From IMG/VR virus record IMGVR_UViG_3300046787_000200, positions 186,001-250,000 of that record: a stretch of 64,000 nucleotides of DNA; one strand, given 5' to 3'. Within the stretch, counting starts at the first letter, position 1. Each line of letters opens with the position of its first letter. This document shows positions 55,761-64,000 of the stretch, piece by piece. The notes beneath the pieces are model-generated. The model saw nothing but the letters and a program-made list of their open reading frames with translations. It did no database searches and was not told where the DNA came from. The position numbers and the translations under genes were made by a program.

Positions 55761-55990
55761 CTTATGAAGAAGCAAAAAATCTTAAATCGTTTAAGAACTA
55801 TTGCAACTGTGGTGGTAGTGCTTGGACGATGAATGATCGTAATCCTGCAAGACCACATATGAGTTGGTGCCCACAGATTGAAGAATACAATGAGTGGTAT
55901 GATTTAGTTGGGGCAGAACTTATTGCCAAAGACAGAAAAGAAACTAAAAGTAAGTTGGGTTATAGTAGAATAGGATTGGGGAATGTATGA
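55757..55990 (+). CDS. Hypothetical Cys/His protein
   Basis: CNCGG...PHMSWCPQ; ATGA-coupled. Confidence 0.7.
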   Translation: MTYEEAKNLKSFKNYCNCGGSAWTMNDRNPARPHMSWCPQIEEYNEWYDLVGAELIAKDRKETKSKLGYSRIGLGNV

Positions 55991-56214
55991 AAGTTGAGAT
56001 TTGTCGGCCAGACGGAACACCATATCTAACCCTGCGTAAGGATGATAGGTTAGCTTATATCCAAATACACGATTATGATTTTTTGGGAGATCCCATTGAG
56101 TTTAACTTTGATAGGCGAACTATCCCAGCACTGATTGATGCACTCAGCAGACTTCAGCGTGGAGAAGATAGTTCAACCATTCGCACCCACTACTTTAATC
56201 AGGATATAGAATGA
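55987..56214 (+). CDS. Hypothetical protein
   Basis: ATGA-coupled. Confidence 0.65.
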   Translation: MKVEICRPDGTPYLTLRKDDRLAYIQIHDYDFLGDPIEFNFDRRTIPALIDALSRLQRGEDSSTIRTHYFNQDIE

Positions 56215-56390
56215 TACACATTACTGAAGAAGGCGGAGTGATTCGCAATGGTTTGAATTTTTACCCGCTAACGGATAAAAGCAGTTTTGGGTTTAGGTTT
56301 CGTTATGGATCAAAAATCTTTTGGTTTCGGTATAGCCGAATCACTCAACGCTGGACCATTAAAAACAGCACCAATCTGGTTGATAGTTAA
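56211..56390 (+). CDS. 59-aa hypothetical protein (not in ORF track)
   Basis: AGGA RBS; ATGA-coupled. Confidence 0.6.
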   Translation: MIHITEEGGVIRNGLNFYPLTDKSSFGFRFRYGSKIFWFRYSRITQRWTIKNSTNLVDS

Positions 56391-56432
56391 AAATTTACTT
56401 TGGTATTGCCCTAAAATTTACTTTGGTATTGC
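56390..56432 (+). repeat. Perfect 20-bp direct repeat x2
   Basis: AAAATTTACTTTGGTATTGC at 56390 and 56413. Confidence 0.9.
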
Positions 56433-56462
56433 TCCGGTATAAGAGTAATACTTTTTGCTGAC

Positions 56463-56491
56463 TTGACACAAAATCCATTTGGTTGTATAAT
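56463..56491 (+). promoter_or_regulatory. Consensus sigma70 early promoter
   Basis: TTGACA-17-TATAAT. Confidence 0.88.
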
Positions 56492-56522
56492 ATACACATA
56501 GACAGACAAAAAGGAGAGAAAA

Positions 56523-56726
56523 ATGCGTAGTATCAAAGAAGTCAAAACAGAACTTGAAAAACTCCGTGAAGAATACGAAAGTAAAGTTTCCTTGCTCAAA
56601 ACTGAAATAGTAAGTATCCGTGAAAGTCGTGGATATAAACTCAAAGTACCCAAGTATGAAACTTATTACGAACCAGGACGCTCAACAATGCCCACACCCT
56701 CAGGTGGTATGGGTGCAGGATATTAA
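56523..56726 (+). CDS. Hypothetical early protein
   Basis: AAGGAG RBS. Confidence 0.7.
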   Translation: MRSIKEVKTELEKLREEYESKVSLLKTEIVSIRESRGYKLKVPKYETYYEPGRSTMPTPSGGMGAGY

Positions 56727-56728
56727 GG

Positions 56729-56757
56729 TTGACAATAAATGAGTATTATGTTATAAT
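56729..56757 (+). promoter_or_regulatory. Consensus sigma70 early promoter (repeat cassette)
   Basis: TTGACA-17-TATAAT followed by AGAATCTTAGACAGT as at 50461. Confidence 0.9.
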
Positions 56758-56790
56758 AGAATCTTAGACAGTAAAGAAAAGGACTAACAA

Positions 56791-57030
56791 ATGAACAAAC
56801 GAATTAAAGAACTTGCTGAACAATGTACTACAATCAATGATTCTACAACTATTCCAGTTGATAAGGATTTTGACTATGAAAAGTTCGCCGAGTTGATTAT
56901 TGCTGAATGTATTGATGTATTCAGTAAAGATTTACCGGATACTACAAGCCCGGATTATCAACTAGGTAGCCTTCCAGAAGTCGTCAATCGTATCGCTAAT
57001 GTAGCAGAACATTTCGGAGTTGAACTATGA
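56791..57030 (+). CDS. KFAELIVREC/HFGVEE family small protein
   Basis: Shared motifs. Confidence 0.75.
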   Translation: MNKRIKELAEQCTTINDSTTIPVDKDFDYEKFAELIIAECIDVFSKDLPDTTSPDYQLGSLPEVVNRIANVAEHFGVEL

Positions 57031-57398
57031 TCGTTCCGGATTTAATCAAAGCAGTTGAACAAGGATTCAGGAAACATACTATGATTGCCGCAAAAGAAGC
57101 CAAAGCACTCTACCACTATAGTGGTGCAGAGGTTGAACAGTTTCTAAAAACTGAAGTTGAGCCTCGAGTGACTGAAGCCGCAAAAGGTGGTAAGAGGTCG
57201 GCTATGATTCATCTTGGCTCAAAAGGTCCGTACGAATATCTTAGTCAATTAGTTACTCCACAACAAATGGCAGCGGTAGCCAGATTGATTGAATTGGGCT
57301 ATAGTGCTCAGATTCAATTGTACGATGAAAAGTATGTTCCAGGCGGTCCAGCTGACGGATCTTTTGAAGCATTCTATGGCATTCAAATTGGGTGGTAA
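57027..57398 (+). CDS. Hypothetical protein
   Basis: L.ELGY...IQIGW; ATGA-coupled. Confidence 0.7.
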   Translation: MIVPDLIKAVEQGFRKHTMIAAKEAKALYHYSGAEVEQFLKTEVEPRVTEAAKGGKRSAMIHLGSKGPYEYLSQLVTPQQMAAVARLIELGYSAQIQLYDEKYVPGGPADGSFEAFYGIQIGW

Positions 57399-57401
57399 AT
57401 T

Positions 57402-57545
57402 ATGAATTGGCAAGAAGATCCTGATAATCCATTGAAAGAAAAGTTCGCCGAGTTGATTGTTCGGGAATGTGCGTTAGTTATACAAAAGAAAGTTGGACCA
57501 AAGTCTGCCTTAGATGTATTAGAACATTTCGGAGTTGAAGAATGA
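57402..57545 (+). CDS. 47-aa KFAELIVREC/HFGVEE family protein (not in ORF track)
   Basis: MNWQEDPDNPLKEKFAELIVRECALVIQKKVGPKSALDVLEHFGVEE. Confidence 0.75.
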   Translation: MNWQEDPDNPLKEKFAELIVRECALVIQKKVGPKSALDVLEHFGVEE

Positions 57546-57676
57546 GTTGCGATATTATTCCACCACCACCAAGACAGAGATGTGAAGGTTGTGGGCCGTT
57601 AATTAATGGGAAACATACAAGTGTTGTTTGCAAATTTTTACAATGGGTTGATAAACATTTCGGAGTTAAAGAATGA
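57542..57676 (+). CDS. 44-aa protein ending HFGVKE (not in ORF track)
   Basis: Flanked on both sides by the 23-bp junction repeat. Confidence 0.7.
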   Translation: MSCDIIPPPPRQRCEGCGPLINGKHTSVVCKFLQWVDKHFGVKE

Positions 57677-57903
57677 ACGAACGAATTAGAGAACTTTTTA
57701 AAAAGGCTGGCGGAAAAACATCCACCCGTAATCTCGCAAGCAACCCTGTCCAAGTGGTAAAAACACATGAACTTTGGGATGACCGTATTGAAAAGTTCGC
57801 CGAGTTGATTGTGAAAGAATGTATTGATATTGCTGAACAAACAAGATACGATGGTAAAGTAGTAGCCGAGCGAATCAAGTTTGTTTTCGGAGTTGAAGAA
57901 TGA
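57673..57903 (+). CDS. KFAELIVREC/HFGVEE family small protein
   Basis: Shared motifs. Confidence 0.75.
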   Translation: MNERIRELFKKAGGKTSTRNLASNPVQVVKTHELWDDRIEKFAELIVKECIDIAEQTRYDGKVVAERIKFVFGVEE

Positions 57904-58100
57904 ACGAAAATATAAAGGCAGGGGCAAACATTCACGCAGGTGATGGTGGGTATAGTGAAGGCACACAAGAAGCATACGATGAGTTTGTAAAGATCCGCAA
58001 CTATCAAGTTATTTGCCCTAAGTGTGGAGTAGATAGACTTAAAGTTGATTGTCCCAATATCAATAGATTAGATTGTGGTATTAAGGTAGAAGCACAATGA
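57900..58100 (+). CDS. Small protein with CPKC zinc-ribbon tail
   Basis: CPKCGVDR.K..CP......C....EAQ. Confidence 0.7.
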   Translation: MNENIKAGANIHAGDGGYSEGTQEAYDEFVKIRNYQVICPKCGVDRLKVDCPNINRLDCGIKVEAQ

Positions 58101-58423
58101 AAGAACTGATTAGAAAGTTTGAAAAAGAATCTGGCCTTGAAATCTACGGACTCGGAGCGAGACGAGAAAAGTGGGAACACTGTATGGAAAAGTTCACTGA
58201 GTTGGTTGTTCGGGAATGTGTTTCTATCTGTAAAGATAAAGAACGCCCAAATCTATATGGTATTAAAGAAGTTGAAGTAGCGATTAAACAACATTTTGGT
58301 ATTATTGAACCTAAAGGCTGGGTCTGCCCCAAATGCAAGGCTGATAGAACTAAGATTCCTTGCCCATTAGGTTTTGGAGCACAAGTAGATGGTCGTTGCC
58401 CTATGACTGCGGAGGCACAATGA
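58097..58423 (+). CDS. KFTELVVREC family protein fused to a CPKC zinc-ribbon tail
   Basis: Both motif sets present. Confidence 0.75.
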   Translation: MKELIRKFEKESGLEIYGLGARREKWEHCMEKFTELVVRECVSICKDKERPNLYGIKEVEVAIKQHFGIIEPKGWVCPKCKADRTKIPCPLGFGAQVDGRCPMTAEAQ

Positions 58424-58596
58424 TTAAAGTATTATTTGCATTTGTATTACTATTTGCTGTATTTTATGCGGGTATTACACTTGCCCGAAAAATGACAGGT
58501 AAAGAGGCATTAGCCTTGACAAAAATTGCAGGATACAGTATACTATCTTCATTACTGACACTTGCAGTATTAATCTCAATCGTTGTAATTTTTTAA
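58420..58596 (+). CDS. Two-TM membrane protein
   Basis: GGAGG RBS; hydrophobic; contains internal TTGACA-17-TATACT at 58516-58544. Confidence 0.7.
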   Translation: MIKVLFAFVLLFAVFYAGITLARKMTGKEALALTKIAGYSILSSLLTLAVLISIVVIF

Positions 58597-58604
58597 GGAC
58601 TATA

Positions 58605-58691
58605 ATGTTTCCTGAATTTCTTGTGAGACCATTATATTTTATTCTTGGTTTCGTATTTTGTTTCTTTCTTTTTGTAAAAGGTATTATCTAA
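58605..58691 (+). CDS. 28-aa membrane peptide (not in ORF track)
   Basis: AAGGA RBS; hydrophobic. Confidence 0.5.
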   Translation: MFPEFLVRPLYFILGFVFCFFLFVKGII

Positions 58692-58692
58692 A

Positions 58693-59505
58693 ATGAATCG
58701 TTCTATTAAACTCTCTCTTATCGCTATCGCAGTTGCATTGACTAGTGCTTGCACCCGTATTGAAACTGGTGAGGTCGGTGTTCGTGTTGGCTTTGACAAA
58801 CAAGTCAAGCCCGGTGAACTTGAACCCGGTAGCTTCAACCAAGTGCTTGTCGGTGATGTGTTGACCTTCCCATACAAGGATGTTAATATCACTATTGACA
58901 ATATGACTCCTGTTGCGAAAGACAACAGCACTATGAAAGACCTTGATGCGGTGATTGTTTACAACATCAACAAGAATCAAGCCGCTGAACTGTATTCTAC
59001 CAAGAACCGCAGTTTCCACGCTGACTTCAAAGGCGACACTTACTTGATGTATAACTACATTGTTCAGAATGCCCGTAATGCTATCTACAAGTCTGCACGA
59101 AAGTATGAAGCATTGGATATGGCAGACAATCGCACTGAGATGGAGAATTACATCAAAGATGAAATCACACGCAACCTTGCAGAAGAAAAACTAGATGGTA
59201 GTATCACTATCACACAGGTTATGATTCGTACTGTAGTTCCAAGTGATACAGTTGTTGCAAGTGCAAATGATTTGGTTCGTAGTAAAAACGAATTGAAGCA
59301 AAAAGAAGTTGAAGTTAAAACTGCTGAAGCAGAGGCCCGTCGTATTGCGGCTCTAGCACAAAATGCAGGTGCTATTCAATATATGGATGCTCAGGCTCGT
59401 ATGAAGCAAGCAGATGCGGCACTTGAAACTGCTAAGGCTATTGCATCATTCAAGGGTAATACTCTTGTGATTGGTGCTGGAACTAATGTCAATGTAGGTA
59501 AATAA
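58693..59505 (+). CDS. SPFH/band-7 (prohibitin-like) membrane protein
   Basis: RIETGEVGVRV.F; C-terminal AEAEA coiled coil; lipobox-like TSAC. Confidence 0.85.
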   Translation: MNRSIKLSLIAIAVALTSACTRIETGEVGVRVGFDKQVKPGELEPGSFNQVLVGDVLTFPYKDVNITIDNMTPVAKDNSTMKDLDAVIVYNINKNQAAELYSTKNRSFHADFKGDTYLMYNYIVQNARNAIYKSARKYEALDMADNRTEMENYIKDEITRNLAEEKLDGSITITQVMIRTVVPSDTVVASANDLVRSKNELKQKEVEVKTAEAEARRIAALAQNAGAIQYMDAQARMKQADAALETAKAIASFKGNTLVIGAGTNVNVGK

Positions 59506-59508
59506 ATA

Positions 59509-59613
59509 GCATGTACCGACTATTCTATAAAATAGGATATGAGGTCGGTACATGCCTCTCATTATTATTGAGCAGGCAATCAATCACAATGTGGGCTATG
59601 CTCACAATTTTTT
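59509..59613 (+). ncRNA. Candidate small structured RNA
   Basis: TAAATA at 59503; perfect 12-bp stem, second stem, terminator hairpin plus T run. Confidence 0.45.
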
Positions 59614-59634
59614 ATATTTTAAAAGGAAATTAAA

Positions 59635-59952
59635 ATGGCAACAAGAGTAATGATGAAGAATACTAAAACAGGTATTCGCAAAGAAGGTTATTTTGGATTC
59701 AGTTGGACATACTTGTTCTTTGGATTCTGGGTACCATTGTTTAGAGGTCACTTCCCAATGGCAGGTATTCACCTAGTCATTAGTTTCATCAGTGTCTTTA
59801 TGTTTGGAATTCCACAACTTGTTCTTGCTTTCTTCTTCAATAAGTTTTATACTCTAAGACTCATTGAAGATGGTTATGAATTTGATGATGATGAACAATT
59901 AGTAAAAACTGCATCTACCATCTTAAATATCGCACAACCTACAAAATCATGA
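59635..59952 (+). CDS. Membrane protein (DUF2628/HrgC-like)
   Basis: GFSWTYLFFGFWVPLFRG, FYT..LIEDGY. Confidence 0.7.
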   Translation: MATRVMMKNTKTGIRKEGYFGFSWTYLFFGFWVPLFRGHFPMAGIHLVISFISVFMFGIPQLVLAFFFNKFYTLRLIEDGYEFDDDEQLVKTASTILNIAQPTKS

Positions 59953-60083
59953 TGACCTTGAACGAATTCTCTATGTTTGTCGCTGGAGTTATCTGGGGCA
60001 TCTTTATTATTAAGCCGTTATGGGAAATAGGGGCAAAGATTTACAAGAACGCTAAGGAGGCGCAAAATGGTAACAATCGTTAA
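59949..60083 (+). CDS. 44-aa membrane peptide (not in ORF track)
   Basis: ATGA-coupled; hydrophobic. Confidence 0.5.
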   Translation: MMTLNEFSMFVAGVIWGIFIIKPLWEIGAKIYKNAKEAQNGNNR

Positions 60084-60342
60084 ACATGAGTGGCATCAAC
60101 ATGATCGCCAATACGCAATTGAACTTGATGAGGCACTATTAAGTGAAATCTATCCTGATTTGGATGAAGATGAAATCGCACAGAAACTTGCTGATATTGA
60201 ATCAGGTGAAGTTGATTACGAAGAAGTTATCAACGATGCCTACGAGAATGATGTAGAGATTGAATGGGACTTTCAATATGATGATTGTTGGACTGACCGC
60301 AAAGGTGGTTATGATGTTACATATGAATTGGTCAATAAATGA
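60067..60342 (+). CDS. Acidic hypothetical protein
   Basis: AAGGAGG RBS. Confidence 0.75.
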   Translation: MVTIVKHEWHQHDRQYAIELDEALLSEIYPDLDEDEIAQKLADIESGEVDYEEVINDAYENDVEIEWDFQYDDCWTDRKGGYDVTYELVNK

Positions 60343-60542
60343 CTGACGATCCTAACTTATTAGTTGGTAAATCGTTTGTCTTTGAGGATGGGGCTGAAAT
60401 AACAGTAACACAGGCTAAGTTACGTGATGAAGGTATATATTGGGTAACATATATTACTAAAACAGGTCCCGGTATACCCGTAAGATATGTAATGAGACAT
60501 GAAGAATTTATCAATACATATGGTCATTTGTTTAAAGACTAA
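60339..60542 (+). CDS. Hypothetical protein
   Basis: ATGA-coupled. Confidence 0.7.
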   Translation: MTDDPNLLVGKSFVFEDGAEITVTQAKLRDEGIYWVTYITKTGPGIPVRYVMRHEEFINTYGHLFKD

Positions 60543-60549
60543 ATATTAG

Positions 60550-62118
60550 ATGCGCTTAAAATTCCTATCTTTTTCAAATCTTACATTATTGGTTGCACTA
60601 TCATTAAGTTCAGTAGCAGCCTGGTATAGTATCATTGGCTTAACCGCTATCTTTGCAGGTGCGGTTATTCCTGTTATCATTATGGGTTCTATACTCGAAG
60701 TAGGTAAGATTACTACTACAGTATGGTTACGTAAATACTGGCATCGTGCTAGTTGGGTACTCAAACTATATCTTGTTCCTGCTGTTGTAGCATTAGCATT
60801 ACTCACAAGCATGGGTATCTTTGGCTTCTTAAGTAAAGCGCACATGGACCAAGGTATCACATCAGGTGATGTGCAGGCTAAGTTAGCACTTTATGATGAG
60901 AAGATAAAGACACAAAGAGATAATATTGAGTTAGCACGTAAAGCATTAACTCAAATGGATAACCAAGTTGACCAACGATTAAGTAGAGGTGATAGTGAAA
61001 CTAGTGCTGAACGTGCAGTTGCTATTCGTAGACAACAAGCAGGTGAACGTAGTAAACTACAAAAAGATATTGGTGATGCACAAACACAAATTGCTAAACT
61101 AAACGAAGAACGTGCGCCTATTGCGGCAGAGAATCGTAAAGTAGAAGCAGAAGTAGGTCCTATCAAATATATTGCCGCATTAATTTATGGTGATACTGCT
61201 GATAATAATATGTTAGAAAGTGCGGTAAGATGGGTTATTATATTATTGGTTGTTGTATTTGATCCATTGGCAATTGCACTTGTTCTTGCCGCTAATGCAA
61301 GTAAAGAATGGGATCTTGAAGAACCCGCAGAATATGATAAACCAGATGCATGGGTTGCTGATGTAGGTGAAAAACCTACTGTAGAAGAAATTGAACCAGC
61401 ATACGAGCCAGATGACGGTCCATTAACTGAAGAACAGATTGAACAAATCAAAGAAAGTGTCGATCCTGCTCCACCTGGATGGATGTTTGAGAAAAGTTCT
61501 ATTATAAAAGATGAACCAGAAAAGTCAGTTGCAGAGTTGCATCCATACTTGAATCAGCCGTTCACACACTTTACTGATACTAAGCCAATGGTTGCGCCCA
61601 AAGAAGAAGTAAAAGAAGAACCTATCGTTGAGAAAAAGCTAAAGAAGAAACGTGCTAAGAAAAAGGTTGAGCCAACTATTGAAACAGTAGACGTAACTAC
61701 TGAAGAAGTTGTATTGCCTCCGGTAACAAAGTATAAAGAAATGCCTGGTGGTTATGTTGACTTTGAAGGTAAGCAGATTCAAAAAGATGCATTAAAGAGT
61801 TTGCGTCCGGATTTGTTTATGGTTAAACCAGACAGAACAAATGGGCAAGTTGAAACAGATTTTGGAACAAAGTTCCCCGAAACAGCAAAACGTGGTAATA
61901 TCTTTGTTCGTGTAGATGTTTCTCCCAATCGTGTCTATAAGTTTGATGGCCGTCAATGGATTGAAATGCAAAAGGAACAAACCGATACATACCTTCACAA
62001 CCAAAAGTATATTGAATTCCTAGTAGGAAAAATAGAAAAAGGTGAGTATGATATCGAGTTATTGTCCGATACCGAACGTGAAGAAATTGCCCAATATTTA
62101 GGTAACCAAAAGAGTTGA
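60550..62118 (+). CDS. Multi-TM membrane protein with coiled coil and acidic linker
   Basis: TSMGIFGFLSKAH, EVGPIKY, VFDPLAI; TAAATA 4 nt upstream. Confidence 0.8.
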   Translation: MRLKFLSFSNLTLLVALSLSSVAAWYSIIGLTAIFAGAVIPVIIMGSILEVGKITTTVWLRKYWHRASWVLKLYLVPAVVALALLTSMGIFGFLSKAHMDQGITSGDVQAKLALYDEKIKTQRDNIELARKALTQMDNQVDQRLSRGDSETSAERAVAIRRQQAGERSKLQKDIGDAQTQIAKLNEERAPIAAENRKVEAEVGPIKYIAALIYGDTADNNMLESAVRWVIILLVVVFDPLAIALVLAANASKEWDLEEPAEYDKPDAWVADVGEKPTVEEIEPAYEPDDGPLTEEQIEQIKESVDPAPPGWMFEKSSIIKDEPEKSVAELHPYLNQPFTHFTDTKPMVAPKEEVKEEPIVEKKLKKKRAKKKVEPTIETVDVTTEEVVLPPVTKYKEMPGGYVDFEGKQIQKDALKSLRPDLFMVKPDRTNGQVETDFGTKFPETAKRGNIFVRVDVSPNRVYKFDGRQWIEMQKEQTDTYLHNQKYIEFLVGKIEKGEYDIELLSDTEREEIAQYLGNQKS

Positions 62119-62143
62119 AAACAATTAAGTATTAGTATATAAT
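62115..62143 (+). promoter_or_regulatory. Sigma70-type promoter
   Basis: TTGAAA-17-TATAAT. Confidence 0.65.
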
Positions 62144-62173
62144 ATACATATTGTAACAACTATCGGAGTAATT

Positions 62174-62794
62174 ATGAAGCTCACGCTTATCGCATTGTCT
62201 TGTGTAATCTTTGCAGGATGTGCTAGTAATAAAGGTGAAATTCCTACTATTGAATCACAATCATTCAAAATCAGTAAAAATGAATCAATCAAAATTGATA
62301 AAGCATGTGGTTGGATTCAACGAGATAAATGTACTATTGAAAGAATCGAAGCTGTTGGTGTTCAACCATCAGTAGGTGCAACACGTTCATTGCAAAAATC
62401 AACTACACTTATGGCTTGTGATAACGCTAGAGCCAACGTAGTTAGTTATGTGTTCGGCACTAATGTTAGTGAGAATAGAGTTGCACGAACAAAGAACAAG
62501 CAGAATGAAAATCAAAAAGACCGTGTAAAGTCTAAGACTGAGATTGGTCAAGATGTTGATATGGCAAGTGATGACAATGAGAAAGATACTAATTACAGTA
62601 TCCGAGAAGCATTGATTAACTCTGACATTGATATGGTTCGAACAATCACTACATCTAGTCAAGGTAAATTAGTTGGATTTAGGATTGAAGATGCTAGACC
62701 AATTGATGCTAAAACAATTGCTTGTACTATCACTTGGAGCAAGAATGATAGCCAAGATTTGAAGAAAGTCCGTAGTTTAATTTCAGGACAATAA
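62174..62794 (+). CDS. Lipoprotein
   Basis: Lipobox FAGC after hydrophobic leader. Confidence 0.8.
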   Translation: MKLTLIALSCVIFAGCASNKGEIPTIESQSFKISKNESIKIDKACGWIQRDKCTIERIEAVGVQPSVGATRSLQKSTTLMACDNARANVVSYVFGTNVSENRVARTKNKQNENQKDRVKSKTEIGQDVDMASDDNEKDTNYSIREALINSDIDMVRTITTSSQGKLVGFRIEDARPIDAKTIACTITWSKNDSQDLKKVRSLISGQ

Positions 62795-63762
62795 TGAAAA
62801 AATTACTATCAGGATTGTTATGTCTGGTAGCTACAACTGCAGGTGCTATACAAGTTACTGGCGAAGGTTCTACGTTTGAAGAAGCAAAACAAAATGCTTT
62901 TAAAACAGCAATTGAATTTGAAGCTGGTGCGGTTGTAGTTAGTGAACGTGAAAGCAGTAACTATAAATTAGTAAGGAATGAGATTCTAGTTTATAGTTCT
63001 GGCTACATCACTGATTATAAAATCATTAGTTCCATTAATCAAGGCAATCAATTCAAGGTATTAGTAGATGTTCAAGTTGCTAGTAACAAACTAGCTGATA
63101 GGATATTGGGTGTAGGTAAGGATGCTAAAACTTTTGATACTGACAAACACAGTAATCAATATAATAGTTATTTGCAGGGTAAACAAAACGGTGATAGATT
63201 GTTACAACAACTATTAAATGATTACCCTAAAAAAGCATACAATCTTACACAAGGTGTTCATCAGTTAAAAGTTGATGTTAATCGTAATGGTATCATTGAA
63301 ATCCCATTAGAGTTACGTTGGAACTATAAGTTTATTGAATCATTTAATGAGGCACTTAAAATTTTAGAAGATGGTAGTAATGGTTTATTAAAAGCTAGTC
63401 CGAGTAACGTTACAGTAATGGCGAAGGATCCTAAAGATTGGGTAATAGGTAGTAAAAATCAGTATAAGTTTAATGATATGAATACTGTATCTATGATTAC
63501 GCAAACATTACAGAACAATCAACCTAGAATTTTAGTTAGCATTAAGAATCTTAATAACAAGATTGCATTTCAACAATGTTATATTCCCGACTCAATGTCA
63601 GGAAAGAAGCCGGCATTTTATGATGCTAGCAATCACGTTGTAGTATATGGAAATCGTGTTGAGAAGAATAAAATTTTCTTAAATTTTGTAAACATGCACG
63701 AAGTAATTAAAGAGATTCAAAGCATAGAACTAAACATTGTAGCAGATAATAACTGTCCATAA
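62794..63762 (+). CDS. Secreted protein (LPP20/FlgT-N-like start)
   Basis: Signal peptide; VTGEGSTFEEAKQNAFKTAIE. Confidence 0.65.
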   Translation: MKKLLSGLLCLVATTAGAIQVTGEGSTFEEAKQNAFKTAIEFEAGAVVVSERESSNYKLVRNEILVYSSGYITDYKIISSINQGNQFKVLVDVQVASNKLADRILGVGKDAKTFDTDKHSNQYNSYLQGKQNGDRLLQQLLNDYPKKAYNLTQGVHQLKVDVNRNGIIEIPLELRWNYKFIESFNEALKILEDGSNGLLKASPSNVTVMAKDPKDWVIGSKNQYKFNDMNTVSMITQTLQNNQPRILVSIKNLNNKIAFQQCYIPDSMSGKKPAFYDASNHVVVYGNRVEKNKIFLNFVNMHEVIKEIQSIELNIVADNNCP

Positions 63763-63800
63763 AAAATCATTCACATAAAAAAACACAGATAAGTATTAAT

Positions 63801-64000
63801 ATGTCAACAGAAAACAAACTCAATCATTGCTCATTTTGTGATAAACACAAAGATGATGTTAAGAAACTAATTGTTAGCGAAGAAGTGGCAATTTGTAGTG
63901 ATTGCGTAGAACTATGCAATTCACTTATGTTAGATGATGATGGTAAAAGTGAATTTGTATCGGAAGATACTGTATCATATGATCCAGAATCAATTAAAGA
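63801..64000 (+). CDS. clpX: ClpX ATPase, N-terminal zinc-binding domain (truncated by window edge)
   Basis: CSFCDK.KDDVKKLIV....AICSDCVELC. Confidence 0.8.
   Translation, partial: MSTENKLNHCSFCDKHKDDVKKLIVSEEVAICSDCVELCNSLMLDDDGKSEFVSEDTVSYDPESIK

Noticed and set aside
55500-58423. Diversity-generating retroelement
   Set aside because: No reverse transcriptase, and the differences are not adenine-specific template/variable repeat pairs.
59509-59613. tRNA or hammerhead ribozyme
   Set aside because: No cloverleaf or T-loop, and no CUGANGA/GAAA core.
1-64000. Stop-codon reassignment
   Set aside because: Known genes are full length and densely packed under the standard code.

Overview
A 64 kb slice of a large, AT-rich, lytic dsDNA tailed phage with T4-like logic. 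It is almost entirely + strand, uses the standard genetic code, and I saw no tRNA, rRNA or CRISPR. (1) 0.4-15.2 kb is a late block of probable head-packaged proteins. Many start with a T4-type capsid-targeting leader (M-R/K-x-x-E/D/Q-F/I-x-x-E) and look like Glu-delimited polyproteins carrying enzyme domains: nucleotidyltransferase, ART-like, amidoligase, GH19 and zincin. One of them holds an in-frame array of unrelated 55-76 aa modules separated by a nucleotide-conserved 17-bp repeat (CAAGGTGTGGCGGAAGG, QGVAEG). (2) 16-35 kb holds TilS, family B DNA polymerase, a putative clamp and a 7-deazaguanine DNA-modification cluster (DpdA/TGT-like, DpdL-like, FolE, QueD, QueE, no QueC in the window). 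Glycosyltransferases, cytidylyltransferases, an APS-kinase fusion, a sulfotransferase, DadA, MetK and an epimerase are interleaved, and a preQ1-I-like RNA structure precedes queD. (3) 35-50 kb holds a GIY-YIG plus adenine MTase pair, UvsE, RNase H and accessory genes. (4) 50-60 kb holds early genes behind repeated sigma70 promoter cassettes, DNA ligase, a second DNA-conserved cassette family (KFAELIVREC...HFGVEE) and a candidate sRNA. (5) 60-64 kb holds membrane/secreted proteins and the start of ClpX. All assignments come from motif reading by eye; no searches were run.
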